50,527 nt of DNA, taken from contig CAZLLG010000001.1 of assembly GCA_964560275.1 (NCBI GenBank), positions 1 to 50,527 on the forward strand, given 5' to 3'. The first letter of the stretch is position 1. Each line of letters opens with the position of its first letter. Below are positions 1 to 8,854 of the stretch, in pieces. The translations under genes and the position numbers were made by a program. The notes beneath the pieces are model-generated. The model made no database searches. It was not told the origin of the DNA and saw nothing but the letters and a program-made list of their open reading frames with translations. The stretch comes from an uncultured Eubacteriales bacterium. GTDB lineage: Bacteria; Acidobacteriota; Aminicenantia; Aminicenantales; Aminicenantaceae.

Positions 1-273
1 GATGGGCTCTTTGACCTCTCCGCTCTGAAAGAGGAGCAGTGTTGGAATGCTCATTACGGAGAATTTGGACGGGGTCATGGGACTTTCATCCACGTTCATT
101 TTGGCTATTTTTAAACGGCCTTTGTATTCTTTAGCGATATTCTCCAGGGAGGGAACGATAATCTTGCATGGTCCGCACCAGACGGCCCAAAAGTCAAGAA
201 GGACCGGTATATCGGAATTGAGGATTTCTTCTTCAAACGTTGAATCCGTGACTTCTAAAATATCTTCTGACAT
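1..273 (-). CDS. trxA: thioredoxin (C-terminal end cut by window edge; 91 codons present)
   Basis: Not in the ORF track because no stop lies in the window. My minus-strand translation from ATG at 273 reads MSEDILEVTDSTFEEEILNSDIPVLLDFWAVWCGPCKIIVPSLENIAKEYKGRLKIAKMNVDESPMTPSKFSVMSIPTLLLFQSGEVKEPI. It has the canonical WCGPC redox motif, and a GGAG lies about 6 nt upstream of the ATG. Confidence 0.9.
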   Translation of the reverse strand, partial: MSEDILEVTDSTFEEEILNSDIPVLLDFWAVWCGPCKIIVPSLENIAKEYKGRLKIAKMNVDESPMTPSKFSVMSIPTLLLFQSGEVKEPI

Positions 274-302
274 AATCTTCTCCTTTGTTTATCGCAAAAT
301 TC

Positions 303-331
303 ATGATAATCCCCCCCAAAAAAAATGTCAA
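303..331 (-). promoter_or_regulatory. sigma70-type promoter for trxA (TTGACA-17 nt-TATCAT)
   Basis: Minus strand reads TTGACA (331-326), a 17-nt spacer TTTTTTTTGGGGGGGAT, then TATCAT (308-303). It lies about 30 nt upstream of the trxA ATG. Confidence 0.5.
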
Positions 332-341
332 TCTGAAGGAA

Positions 342-1184
342 TTAACCCCAGCTGAGTTTTTCCTGGAGGAGGTCGAAGTAGTTGCGTTTGGGGGAAGAGA
401 CAAGCGTAAATTCAAGCAATGAGGTGTGCACTTCGATGACATCGTCAATTTCCATCTGGTAGCCTCTCTGTCCGTCTAAAGTCAAATAGGCTTCCTCTCC
501 GGCAATCAATTGAATCTTGATGGTCGAGCTCGAAGCGATCACCATGGGTCGGAAGGATAGGGTGTGGGGGCAGATGGGCGAGATGATTATGGCGGGAATA
601 TAGGGCTGGATGATGGGACCTCCAGCCGAAAGAGAGTAGGCTGTAGAACCTGTAGGGGTTGAGATGATCAGTCCGTCGGCCCTTGTGGTGACGATATCTT
701 TATCGTCGATCCAGATTTTCGCCTGGATCATCCTAGCCAGAGCGCCCTTGTTGATCACCACATCGTTAAGACAATAGGACGTCTTGCCTCTATAAGAAAC
801 ATCCAGGAGACGCCGCTGTGTGACAATCTTTGTGTTTCCCTCCAGAAATGCATCCAGGGTCAAGAAAACCTCGTCGAGAGGCACTTCTGTTAAAAAACCC
901 AGACTTCCAAGATTGACACCCAGTACAGGGACCTTCTCCTGAGCTGCCAGGTGTGCAATGGTCAAAAGAGTTCCATCCCCTCCCAACACGATCACCAGGT
1001 CCACGCAGGACGGGATGTCTTCTCTTTTTACGCCGTTCTTTAAAGTACGTTTTTCGGCAGCCGCCTCTTCAAGAAGGCATTCAACGCCTTTCTGGTCGAA
1101 GTATTGGATGAGCTCTTCTAGCGCTTTTTCCGCCAAGGGGGCGTGAGGCTTTATGACAAAACCAACACGTTTAATGTTTCTCAT
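342..1184 (-). CDS. nadK: NAD(+) kinase
   Basis: 280-aa ORF with the GGDGTLL motif and a length typical of the NadK/PpnK family. Confidence 0.9.
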   Translation of the reverse strand: MRNIKRVGFVIKPHAPLAEKALEELIQYFDQKGVECLLEEAAAEKRTLKNGVKREDIPSCVDLVIVLGGDGTLLTIAHLAAQEKVPVLGVNLGSLGFLTEVPLDEVFLTLDAFLEGNTKIVTQRRLLDVSYRGKTSYCLNDVVINKGALARMIQAKIWIDDKDIVTTRADGLIISTPTGSTAYSLSAGGPIIQPYIPAIIISPICPHTLSFRPMVIASSSTIKIQLIAGEEAYLTLDGQRGYQMEIDDVIEVHTSLLEFTLVSSPKRNYFDLLQEKLSWG

Positions 1185-1968
1185 CCCAAACCGTCTCCTT
1201 GATTATATCAAAAAACACATAGGATGGCTTCTGTCCCCTGTCCTTTTTTGTCCAGAGGAAAAAGTACTCCTGGTTGCCCTTTTGCCCCTGGATGAAGGGC
1301 TTCATGGCATTCAGAAAAGAAAATCCGATCCGATCCGCCTCCTGGGCAATGGAGACCAGCACCTCCTCGTGGAGAGTCCAATCTCGAACAATTCCTTTTT
1401 TCCCCACCTGATTCCGCTCCACTTCAAACTGAGGTTTGATGAGAGACAATACAACGCCTTCACCGACAATTTTTTGAACGGCCGGTAGCACTTTAAGTAC
1501 CGAGATAAACGAAAGATCGATTGTCACCAGATCCAGAACATCGGGGATGTCTTCTATATCAAGATATCTGGCATTTTTTTCCACGAGTACAATCCTGGGA
1601 TTCTGCCTTAATTTCATATCGATCTGCCGTGTATCCACATCTACAGCATACACTTTAGCGGCTCCCCTCTGGAGTAGGCAGTCTGTAAAACCTCCGGTCG
1701 AGGCCCCAAGATCTGCTGCTATCTTCTCTTCGACATGCAGGTCAAATTTATCGAGGGCTTCATCTATTTTTAGTCCCCCTCGGCTGACAAAAGGATTGGT
1801 TTGTTTGAGTGTCAAGCATTGCTTCACATCGAGCAGCTGTCCCGCCTTGTCCACCTTCAAGCCGCCGGCATAGACTCGCCCTGCCATAATAAGAGCTTGT
1901 GCTTTCTGGGGACTATCCGCCAATCCTGCATTGACGACCATCTTGTCGGCTCGGTCTTTCATGGCCAT
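1171..1968 (-). CDS. tlyA: TlyA-family rRNA (cytidine-2'-O)-methyltransferase
   Basis: 265-aa ORF. The N-terminus is S4-like (RADKMVVNAGLADSPQKAQALIMAGRV). It is followed by an FtsJ-type SAM fold (DLGASTGGFTDCLLQRGA). Confidence 0.85.
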   Translation of the reverse strand: MAMKDRADKMVVNAGLADSPQKAQALIMAGRVYAGGLKVDKAGQLLDVKQCLTLKQTNPFVSRGGLKIDEALDKFDLHVEEKIAADLGASTGGFTDCLLQRGAAKVYAVDVDTRQIDMKLRQNPRIVLVEKNARYLDIEDIPDVLDLVTIDLSFISVLKVLPAVQKIVGEGVVLSLIKPQFEVERNQVGKKGIVRDWTLHEEVLVSIAQEADRIGFSFLNAMKPFIQGQKGNQEYFFLWTKKDRGQKPSYVFFDIIKETVWDEKH

Positions 1969-2017
1969 AGCCCCATTACTTCCAGTTACAGGCTGTTTTG
2001 TACATGTTAACTAGGAG

Positions 2018-3919
2018 TCATGACTCTAAAGATTTATAGAATTCTCTGATCTGTTTGATCAAGCCTTCGGCGTCCAGGTCATACATCCGTTTGATTTGTT
2101 TCACCTTTCCTATAGGATAGATTTCATCTGGAAGCCCGATGCGTTTGAACCGAAAATCGAATTTTTTCTCCCCGTCTAAAAGTTCCCGCACTGCACTCCC
2201 AAATCCGCCGGCCAGGACAGCTTCCTCGGCTGTTACGATCACTCTCCCGGGCCGTGCGTATTGGAGAATGGCCGCCTCATCTAAAGGTTTTGCAAACCGG
2301 GCATTAACCACAGCCAAGGAAATGCCTTCTTTTTCGAGAGTTTTGGCCGCCTCGAGAGCCGGATAGACCATACTCCCAAGGGCCAGAAGAAGATCTTTGC
2401 CCTCCTTGAGTTTTTCGCTTTTCCCAAGAGGAAGAACCTTAAAAACTTTGTCCATCTGTACCCCAACGCCCTTTCCTTTGGGGAACCGCACAGCAGACGG
2501 ATGCGGGTAGGACAGGGCCGAATGAATCATGTGCTGCAACTCATTTTCATCCTTGGGAGCCAAAATGATCATGTTGGGTAGATGCCGGAGATAGACAATG
2601 TCATTGATTCCTTGGTGTGTGGGTCCGTCATCTGGAACAATCCCCGAACGGTCCAGAGCAAACACCATAGGGATATCCATCAAACATACATCATGGTAAA
2701 GCTGGTCGTAGGCTCTCTGTAGAAAAGTCGAATAGATAGCCACGATAGGTTTAAATCCGTTCAGCGCCATCCCCGAAGCAAAATCGACCGCATGCTGTTC
2801 GGCAATTCCCACATCAAAAAATCGATCGGGAAATTTATTGGAAAATTCCACAAGATCCGTCCCTTCCCGCATGGCCGCTGTAACGGTCACAACCTTGTCA
2901 TCCGCCTCCCCCTCTTTGACTGCGGTCTGCCCAAAAACCTTGGAGAACGAGAGCTCCTTGTCATTATTGAGAGATTTTCCTGTTTTTATATCAAAGGGAG
3001 ATGCCCCATGAAAGGCCGAGGAATCTTTCAGGGCCGGGCCGTACCCCTTCCCCTTCTTGGTAACGCACTGTATGAGCACAGGGCCATCGTACTTTTTTGC
3101 CTCCTCAAAAACCTCAATGAGCGATGAAATATTGTGCCCCTGAACAGGACCGATGTATTTGATCCCCAGTTCCTTAAAGACAAGACCAGGAAAAAATATT
3201 TTCTTCACGGCCTCTTCGATGGCGCGTCCGATCTTGATCATGGGCCAGCCGACAGCCGGGATACTCTTCAGGATGGATTTTGCTGTGTCCTTGATCTTGA
3301 GATAATGCTGCCCCGAAACCAAATACTCCAAGTACTTGGATAGGGCCCCCACGTTTTGTGAGATGGACATTTCGTTGTAGTTAAGGACGATGACGATCCT
3401 GTCTCCGATATGGCCAATCTGATTGATCGCCTCCCATGCCACTCCACCGGTCAGGCTTCCATCTCCTACTACCGCAACCACATGATGGTCTTCTTTATTT
3501 CTATCTCGGGCCGCGGCCATTCCTGCCGCCGCCGACAGCGCTGTGGAGGCATGTCCTGTATTGTACACATCATAAGGGCTTTCTCCTCGGTCGGGAAATC
3601 CGCACAGTCCTCCATGCTGCCTGAGGTTCTGGAACTGCTCCTTCCGGCCCGTGATGATCTTGTGCGTATAGCATTGGTGTCCAACATCCCAGATGATCTT
3701 ATCTTTCTCGGCATCAAAAATACAATGAAGGGCCAGCGTCAGCTCTACGACACCTAGATTTGGTGAGAGGTGACCACCAGTATTCGAGACCACTTGGATG
3801 ATCAGATCTCTGATTTCCTGGGCCAGTTGGGCCAATTCTTTGCGGTTGAGTTCTTTGACATCCTTCGGTGACTGAACACGATCTAGAATTTTTTCCATTG
3901 TCTCAATTGTCCTTAACAT
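2018..3919 (-). CDS. dxs: 1-deoxy-D-xylulose-5-phosphate synthase
   Basis: 633-aa ORF with a TPP-binding GDG motif (VVGDGSLTGG) and GHxxT-type motifs characteristic of Dxs. The true start may be Met8 (MEKILDRV...). Confidence 0.95.
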   Translation of the reverse strand: MLRTIETMEKILDRVQSPKDVKELNRKELAQLAQEIRDLIIQVVSNTGGHLSPNLGVVELTLALHCIFDAEKDKIIWDVGHQCYTHKIITGRKEQFQNLRQHGGLCGFPDRGESPYDVYNTGHASTALSAAAGMAAARDRNKEDHHVVAVVGDGSLTGGVAWEAINQIGHIGDRIVIVLNYNEMSISQNVGALSKYLEYLVSGQHYLKIKDTAKSILKSIPAVGWPMIKIGRAIEEAVKKIFFPGLVFKELGIKYIGPVQGHNISSLIEVFEEAKKYDGPVLIQCVTKKGKGYGPALKDSSAFHGASPFDIKTGKSLNNDKELSFSKVFGQTAVKEGEADDKVVTVTAAMREGTDLVEFSNKFPDRFFDVGIAEQHAVDFASGMALNGFKPIVAIYSTFLQRAYDQLYHDVCLMDIPMVFALDRSGIVPDDGPTHQGINDIVYLRHLPNMIILAPKDENELQHMIHSALSYPHPSAVRFPKGKGVGVQMDKVFKVLPLGKSEKLKEGKDLLLALGSMVYPALEAAKTLEKEGISLAVVNARFAKPLDEAAILQYARPGRVIVTAEEAVLAGGFGSAVRELLDGEKKFDFRFKRIGLPDEIYPIGKVKQIKRMYDLDAEGLIKQIREFYKSLES

Positions 3920-4058
3920 CTAAAAGTTTATTGGCAAAAAAACGAAGAGAAGAAGAGGTGTTCCCTGCTTCATCCAGAGCTTGGAGTGAAGAGTGAACAA
4001 ACCGCTCTCCACGGGATAGGACTAGCAGAGGTCTGTTTCTGTTCATATGTATTTTCGT

Positions 4059-4373
4059 TCAAAAGGGAAGATTGTTGTTTTCTCCATCCTCGGGAGAATC
4101 ATCTTTGTCTCCTTCAGAGTCTTGAGGTTCTTCGGCAGATTTTTCCTCATTTTTCAGAGCAAACGGCTCTGCCTTTACCTTTCCATTCTCATCCTTAAGT
4201 AGAATCTCTGTCTTTTTTTCTGCTTTTTCCAATTCTCCCCGCAGAAACTTAGCCCGCTTGACACCCTTTTCAAACAACGACAGAGACTCATTGAGCGAAA
4301 GGCCACCCTCCTCCAGCTTTGAGACGATGTCTTCCAACTCAGCCAGGGCTTTCTCGAAGCTTAAATCGGCCAT
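4059..4373 (-). CDS. xseB: exodeoxyribonuclease VII small subunit (with acidic C-terminal extension)
   Basis: N-terminus FEKALAELEDIVSKLEEGGLSLNESLSLFEKGVKRAKF is the XseB signature. It lies immediately downstream of xseA. Confidence 0.85.
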   Translation of the reverse strand: MADLSFEKALAELEDIVSKLEEGGLSLNESLSLFEKGVKRAKFLRGELEKAEKKTEILLKDENGKVKAEPFALKNEEKSAEEPQDSEGDKDDSPEDGENNNLPF

Positions 4374-4382
4374 GTCAAACTC

Positions 4383-5732
4383 CTATTTATTGGGGACTGT
4401 CCCCAATTTATTTTTAATTTTTTTACTTGGATCAATGGCTTTTACCAGACAGGACAGCTCGCCCTTATAAAAAGAGACCATCAACTCCTCATTCTCCGTC
4501 ACTTCTTCGATGCTCCTAACAAGGTGCTGCCCTTTATCAGTCCAGCACAATGTGTAGCCTTTTTTGAGAATATTGAGAGGGCTCAGGGCGTGGAGTTCCG
4601 CCGCCAACCGCTCCCATTTTCCCTTGAGGCTCTGAATCTTTTCACGCATTAAACTCAACAACCTCTCCTCGCTGAGACATGCACGGGAACGGCTCTCGAT
4701 CATTTTTTGCTGCAGTTTCTTGATCACATTCCAGGCTCTCATGTCCAGCTCGTCTACATTCTGTTCAAGGTTCTTGAGTTTGAACTTAAAGTTTTGGAAC
4801 GCCTGGTGATGAATCAGGTTCTGGACCCCATGTTTGAGCTCCTGGATGTTATACCGCAGGAGATGAACCAATTGCTGCTGCAGATTGTCGATGCGCTCGA
4901 TAAAAGCCTGTTTTTTTTCGATCACCATTTCTGCCGCTGCCGTAGGTGTGGATGCCCGGATGTCAGCCACAAAGTCGGCGATCGTAAAGTCCACTTCATG
5001 CCCTACAGCCGAGATCAGCGGGATGGCGCATTGAAAAATGGCCCGAGCAACAATTTCTTCATTAAAAGCCCATAGATCCTCCATGGATCCGCCGCCCCTT
5101 CCAGCAATAATGACATCAATATCGGGTTGGCTTCCCAGATAATCGATACCTTCGGCAATCTCCTGGGCTGCACCCTCTCCCTGAACCCGAACCGGATAAA
5201 TTTGCACATGCAGATGCACAAACCGTCTCTCCAGAGTACGAAGAATGTCGATGATGGCCGCCCCCCTGGGGGATGTCACCACCCCGACTTTTTTCGGTAG
5301 GGCCGGGAGTTTTTTCTTGATCTCCGGATTGAACAGCCCCTCTTTGGTCAGTTTGTCCTTGAGCTGTTCAAAGGCCAGCTGCAGCGCTCCCTTTCCTTTG
5401 GGTTCGACCAGGTCCACGATAAGCTGGTACGTTCCTCTTGGCTCATAAACATTTATTGGACCTCGACAGATGACCTGAAGTCCACTTTGAAGGTCAAATT
5501 TGACTTTATTTGCCGAAGAGCGCCACATGACAGCTCTCAGCTGGCTGTCCGTGTCCTTGAGTGTAAAATAGAGATGACCTGAATGAGCCCGTGTAAAATC
5601 AGCAATTTCACCCTCTACCCAGACTTGAAAAAAAGAGCCCTCCAATTCGGTTTTGATCAGCCTAGTCAATTCCGATACGGAATACACCTTGTCTGGCTGG
5701 AAAAGATTGCTAAAGTCCACTGTCTTCTTCAA
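4383..5732 (-). CDS. xseA: exodeoxyribonuclease VII large subunit
   Basis: 449-aa ORF with an N-terminal OB fold (VSELTRLIKTELEGSFFQVWVEGEI) and the RGGGSxEDLWAFN motif. Confidence 0.9.
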   Translation of the reverse strand: MKKTVDFSNLFQPDKVYSVSELTRLIKTELEGSFFQVWVEGEIADFTRAHSGHLYFTLKDTDSQLRAVMWRSSANKVKFDLQSGLQVICRGPINVYEPRGTYQLIVDLVEPKGKGALQLAFEQLKDKLTKEGLFNPEIKKKLPALPKKVGVVTSPRGAAIIDILRTLERRFVHLHVQIYPVRVQGEGAAQEIAEGIDYLGSQPDIDVIIAGRGGGSMEDLWAFNEEIVARAIFQCAIPLISAVGHEVDFTIADFVADIRASTPTAAAEMVIEKKQAFIERIDNLQQQLVHLLRYNIQELKHGVQNLIHHQAFQNFKFKLKNLEQNVDELDMRAWNVIKKLQQKMIESRSRACLSEERLLSLMREKIQSLKGKWERLAAELHALSPLNILKKGYTLCWTDKGQHLVRSIEEVTENEELMVSFYKGELSCLVKAIDPSKKIKNKLGTVPNK

Positions 5733-6513
5733 TAATCATCTCCCTCCGTATGGATAAGGCCTTGCCCGTCTTGGCATCTACTTCTATAAAAACACTCGAT
5801 AAAAAAGAGCCTTCTTTCGCCGGCTCAAACCGCTGTGACCGCGAAGTCAGGAAACGGGCAACACCCGCTTCTTTCTTGATGCCGATGACCGAATGATATC
5901 CTCCAACCATACCCACGTCCGAAATGTAGGCAGTGCCCTGCGGAAGGATCCTCTCATCGGCAGTCGTGACATGTGTGTGTGTCCCAATGACAGCAGAAAC
6001 CCGGCCGTCCAGATACCACCCAAGGGCCTGTTTTTCGGAAGTCGCTTCAGCATGAAAGTCTACGATGATCACAGGAGTATCGGTCTTCAGGGTCTCGAGT
6101 TCTTTGTCGGCCGTACGGAACGGGCAGTCAATAGGTTCCATAAATACACGGCCTTGAAGGCTCAGCACACCCACTTTAGCCCCGGAGTCTGCCTCGAAGA
6201 CACAGGATCCCCTCCCTGGATTGACCGGCGGGTAATTGGCCGGCCGCAAGAGATAAGGTTCTTTGTCCAAAATCTCAAGCACTTCGCGTCTGTCCCAGAT
6301 ATGATTTCCTGAGGTTACTACATCTGCACGCACAAAAAGTTCACGGGCTATCTTCATGGTCATTCCAGCTCCCCCGGCGGCATTTTCACCATTGGCAATG
6401 ACAACCGTCGGAGAAAGTCTTTCGATAAGAGAGGGCAGATATTTATCCAGGACCTGACGTCCGGGACGACCGATGACATCCCCTAAGAAGAGGATGCTTA
6501 TTTTACCTGGCAT
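5710..6513 (-). CDS. ymdB: YmdB-like (TIGR00282) metallophosphoesterase
   Basis: 267-aa ORF starting [13 protein letters not shown], with GENAAGG and GNHIWD motifs. It sits directly after rny, the conserved rny-ymdB pairing. Confidence 0.8.
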   Translation of the reverse strand: MPGKISILFLGDVIGRPGRQVLDKYLPSLIERLSPTVVIANGENAAGGAGMTMKIARELFVRADVVTSGNHIWDRREVLEILDKEPYLLRPANYPPVNPGRGSCVFEADSGAKVGVLSLQGRVFMEPIDCPFRTADKELETLKTDTPVIIVDFHAEATSEKQALGWYLDGRVSAVIGTHTHVTTADERILPQGTAYISDVGMVGGYHSVIGIKKEAGVARFLTSRSQRFEPAKEGSFLSSVFIEVDAKTGKALSIRREMIIEEDSGL

Positions 6514-8065
6514 ACTCTACAGCCCTCATTTCGCGGATGACGGTGACTTTGATCTTCCCTGGATATTCTAGCTCGTCCTTGATCCTCTGTGCAATTTCTT
6601 TGGCGGCTAAGGAAGCTTTTTCGTCTGAGATCTTCTGGCTTTCCACTATGATTCTGATCTCCCGGCCGGCCTGGAGTGCAAAGGATTTGGCCACACCTTC
6701 ATAGGTATTGGCGATCTCTTCCAGTTTCTCAAGCCTTTTGATGTAAGCCTCTAGCAGCTCACGCCTAGCTCCAGGACGAGCTGCCGAAAGTGTGTCTGCA
6801 GCCTGGACAAGAACGGCTTCGATAGATGGGAAATCCACATCTCTGTGGTGCGAAGCGATGGCAGCCACCACCCGCTCGCTCTCACCATATTTTCTGGTCA
6901 GCTCCACACTCAGTTCAGTATGCGTGCCTTCGACCTCCCGATCGACGGCCTTTCCAACATCATGGAGGAGGCCTGCACGAAGCGCTATATTAACATCCAC
7001 ACCCAGTTCTCTCGCCATAATCCCAGATAGGAAGGCCACTTCCTTGGAGTGCTGGAGGACGTTCTGGCCGTAACTTGTCCGATATTTGAGACGCCCGAGA
7101 AGTTTGACCAGCTCGGGATGAAGGTCTTGGATTTGGAGCTCCAGCATCACAGATTCTCCCTCCTGCTTGATCTTTTCTTCCAGCTCCTTTTTGACCGTTT
7201 CGACAATCTCTTCGATTCGAGCCGGGTGGATCCGTCCGTCCAAAACAAGCTTTTCGATAGCAAGCCGTGCCATTTCGCGTCGGATGGGATCAAAGCTAGA
7301 GAGGATCACGGCCTCGGGTGTATCATCAACGATGATGTCCACTCCTGTGGCCAATTCAAGGGCTCGGATGTTCCGGCCTTCACGGCCTATGATGCGTCCC
7401 TTCATATCATCAGACGGCAGATCGACAACAGAAACCGTTGTCTCCACGACATGTTCGGCAGCAGAACGCTGAATGGCCTGGCTGATGATATCCTTTGCCA
7501 GGGCCTGCCCCTTTTCTCTAGTTTCTTCCTCGATCTTGCGGACGATCTGAACGGCCTCGAGCTTGGCTTCGTCCTCGATTTTTTTCTGGAGCTCCTTCTT
7601 GGCTTCTTCCTGAGTGATGTTCGCTAAGCGTTCCAACTCTTCTATGGCCTTTTGGTTGAGTTCATTGACCTTTTTTTCTCTGTCATCAATTCCTTGGGAA
7701 CGTTCTGTAAGGCGGTTTTCTTTGTTCGAAAACTCCCGTTCTTTTCTTTCCAATCCCTGAAATTTCCGTTCCAGATTTTCTTCTTTCTTGACCAACCGTC
7801 TTTCTGTCTCATTGAATTTATGCCGCCTATCACGTGTCTGGCGCTCAAAATCCGATTTGAGATTGATGAGTTTTTCTTTTGTCTCTATTTCGACCTCTCG
7901 TCTTTTTTTGTCGGCATCTTCTATGGCGTTGTCTAAAAGTGTTTTAGCCTCCTGTTTGGCCTTAAAAATTGCATTGGCTCCTGATTTCTTCTGGACAAGG
8001 ATAAAAATCAGGGTTCCTAATAATAAAACATTAAAACAAATCGCAATCAGCAATGTTAAACTCAC
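6503..8065 (-). CDS. rny: ribonuclease Y
   Basis: 520-aa ORF with an N-terminal TM helix, a coiled coil, a KH domain ([12 protein letters not shown]) and an HD domain (LLHDVGKA). GTG start with AAGGAGGT 7 nt upstream. Confidence 0.95.
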   Translation of the reverse strand: MSLTLLIAICFNVLLLGTLIFILVQKKSGANAIFKAKQEAKTLLDNAIEDADKKRREVEIETKEKLINLKSDFERQTRDRRHKFNETERRLVKKEENLERKFQGLERKEREFSNKENRLTERSQGIDDREKKVNELNQKAIEELERLANITQEEAKKELQKKIEDEAKLEAVQIVRKIEEETREKGQALAKDIISQAIQRSAAEHVVETTVSVVDLPSDDMKGRIIGREGRNIRALELATGVDIIVDDTPEAVILSSFDPIRREMARLAIEKLVLDGRIHPARIEEIVETVKKELEEKIKQEGESVMLELQIQDLHPELVKLLGRLKYRTSYGQNVLQHSKEVAFLSGIMARELGVDVNIALRAGLLHDVGKAVDREVEGTHTELSVELTRKYGESERVVAAIASHHRDVDFPSIEAVLVQAADTLSAARPGARRELLEAYIKRLEKLEEIANTYEGVAKSFALQAGREIRIIVESQKISDEKASLAAKEIAQRIKDELEYPGKIKVTVIREMRAVEYAR

Positions 8066-8072
8066 AACAATT

Positions 8073-8088
8073 ACCTCCTTAAGGAGGT
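8073..8088 (-). promoter_or_regulatory. self-complementary Shine-Dalgarno element in the rny leader
   Basis: Perfect 16-bp palindrome ACCTCCTTAAGGAGGT. On the mRNA, the upstream ACCUCC can pair with the rny SD GGAGGU. Confidence 0.4.
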
Positions 8089-8234
8089 CAAAGGAGAAAA
8101 AAGGGAGGAGGATTAAAGGGACATCACTCTGTCTGTTTCATGTTCAATACGTATTCAAATATACACAACCCTAAAAAACACGTCTGAAAATGTGTTTTCA
8201 TTCTATGACTCTATCCGTAGAGGTTTCCCTCATT

Positions 8235-8597
8235 CTATTTATTCAATCTCGAATCGATTTCCTCGATTTTTTTCGGCTCTGCCGCATTAGGCTTTGCCGT
8301 ATTCTTATCCCTATGAATGAATGCCTCCAAACTTTCAACGTCATCTTCCATATTCCCCAATACTTCATTCAGTTGATCCAGCTTCTTTTGGCTTAAAAAG
8401 TATTCATCTGCTATATTCAAGGCCGCTAAGACCGCGATCTTGAACATGTCCGTTGATTTTGATTTTACAGCAACTTCGTGCATTTTTTGATCAACATGAG
8501 AAGTAAGATGACTTATGTATTTTTCATCCTCTTCTCCTTTGACTCTAATTTTATATTTTTGTCCGTAAATTTCGATGTCAATAACTTTGTCAATCAT
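8235..8597 (-). CDS. zapA: cell division protein ZapA
   Basis: 120-aa ORF. The N-terminus IEIYGQKYKIRVKGEEDEKYI and the following helical region are typical of ZapA. Position after pheST matches the order seen in Bacillus-like gene arrangements. Confidence 0.75.
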   Translation of the reverse strand: MIDKVIDIEIYGQKYKIRVKGEEDEKYISHLTSHVDQKMHEVAVKSKSTDMFKIAVLAALNIADEYFLSQKKLDQLNEVLGNMEDDVESLEAFIHRDKNTAKPNAAEPKKIEEIDSRLNK

Positions 8598-8854
8598 AGT
8601 CCTATCTGATCTATCTGACTGATAATCGTCTCAATTTTTTCCTTCATTTCCTCCTTTTCATTCTTATAATCCTGTAGAATAGTCCCATAATTTTCGAATT
8701 TCTTTGCTTCGACTTCCAAGTCTTTTTTTTCAGCTCTGAGATTTTTAACCTGACTTTTGAGCTGTCCGTTTTCGCCTATGAGTTTGTTTATGTAGGCAAC
8801 AATCTGGGCTACTTTTCCCTCTAAAATTTTAATTCTTTCTAATTCACTTGTCAA
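8594..8854 (-). CDS. small coiled-coil protein (ZapB-like candidate)
   Basis: The 125-aa ORF-track model overlaps pheT by 128 nt. An in-frame TTG at 8854 is preceded by GAAGGGGG about 5 nt upstream. It gives an 86-aa heptad-rich protein (LTSELERIKILEGKVAQIVAYINKLIGENGQLKSQVKNLRAEKKDLE...) and has a 4-nt overlap with zapA. Confidence 0.5.
   Translation of the reverse strand: MTSELERIKILEGKVAQIVAYINKLIGENGQLKSQVKNLRAEKKDLEVEAKKFENYGTILQDYKNEKEEMKEKIETIISQIDQIGL

Noticed and set aside
8175-8198. Hairpin AAAACAC/GTGTTTT followed by T residues after zapA, as a possible terminator.
   Set aside because: The stem is 7 bp and entirely A/U-rich with a 10-nt loop, which is too weak to call.
8066-8234. 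Possible 6S RNA (ssrS) downstream of zapA, as in the zapA-ssrS arrangement of proteobacteria.
   Set aside because: The spacer is only 169 nt, AT-rich and partly occupied by the rny leader. I found no long closing stem or central-bubble architecture.
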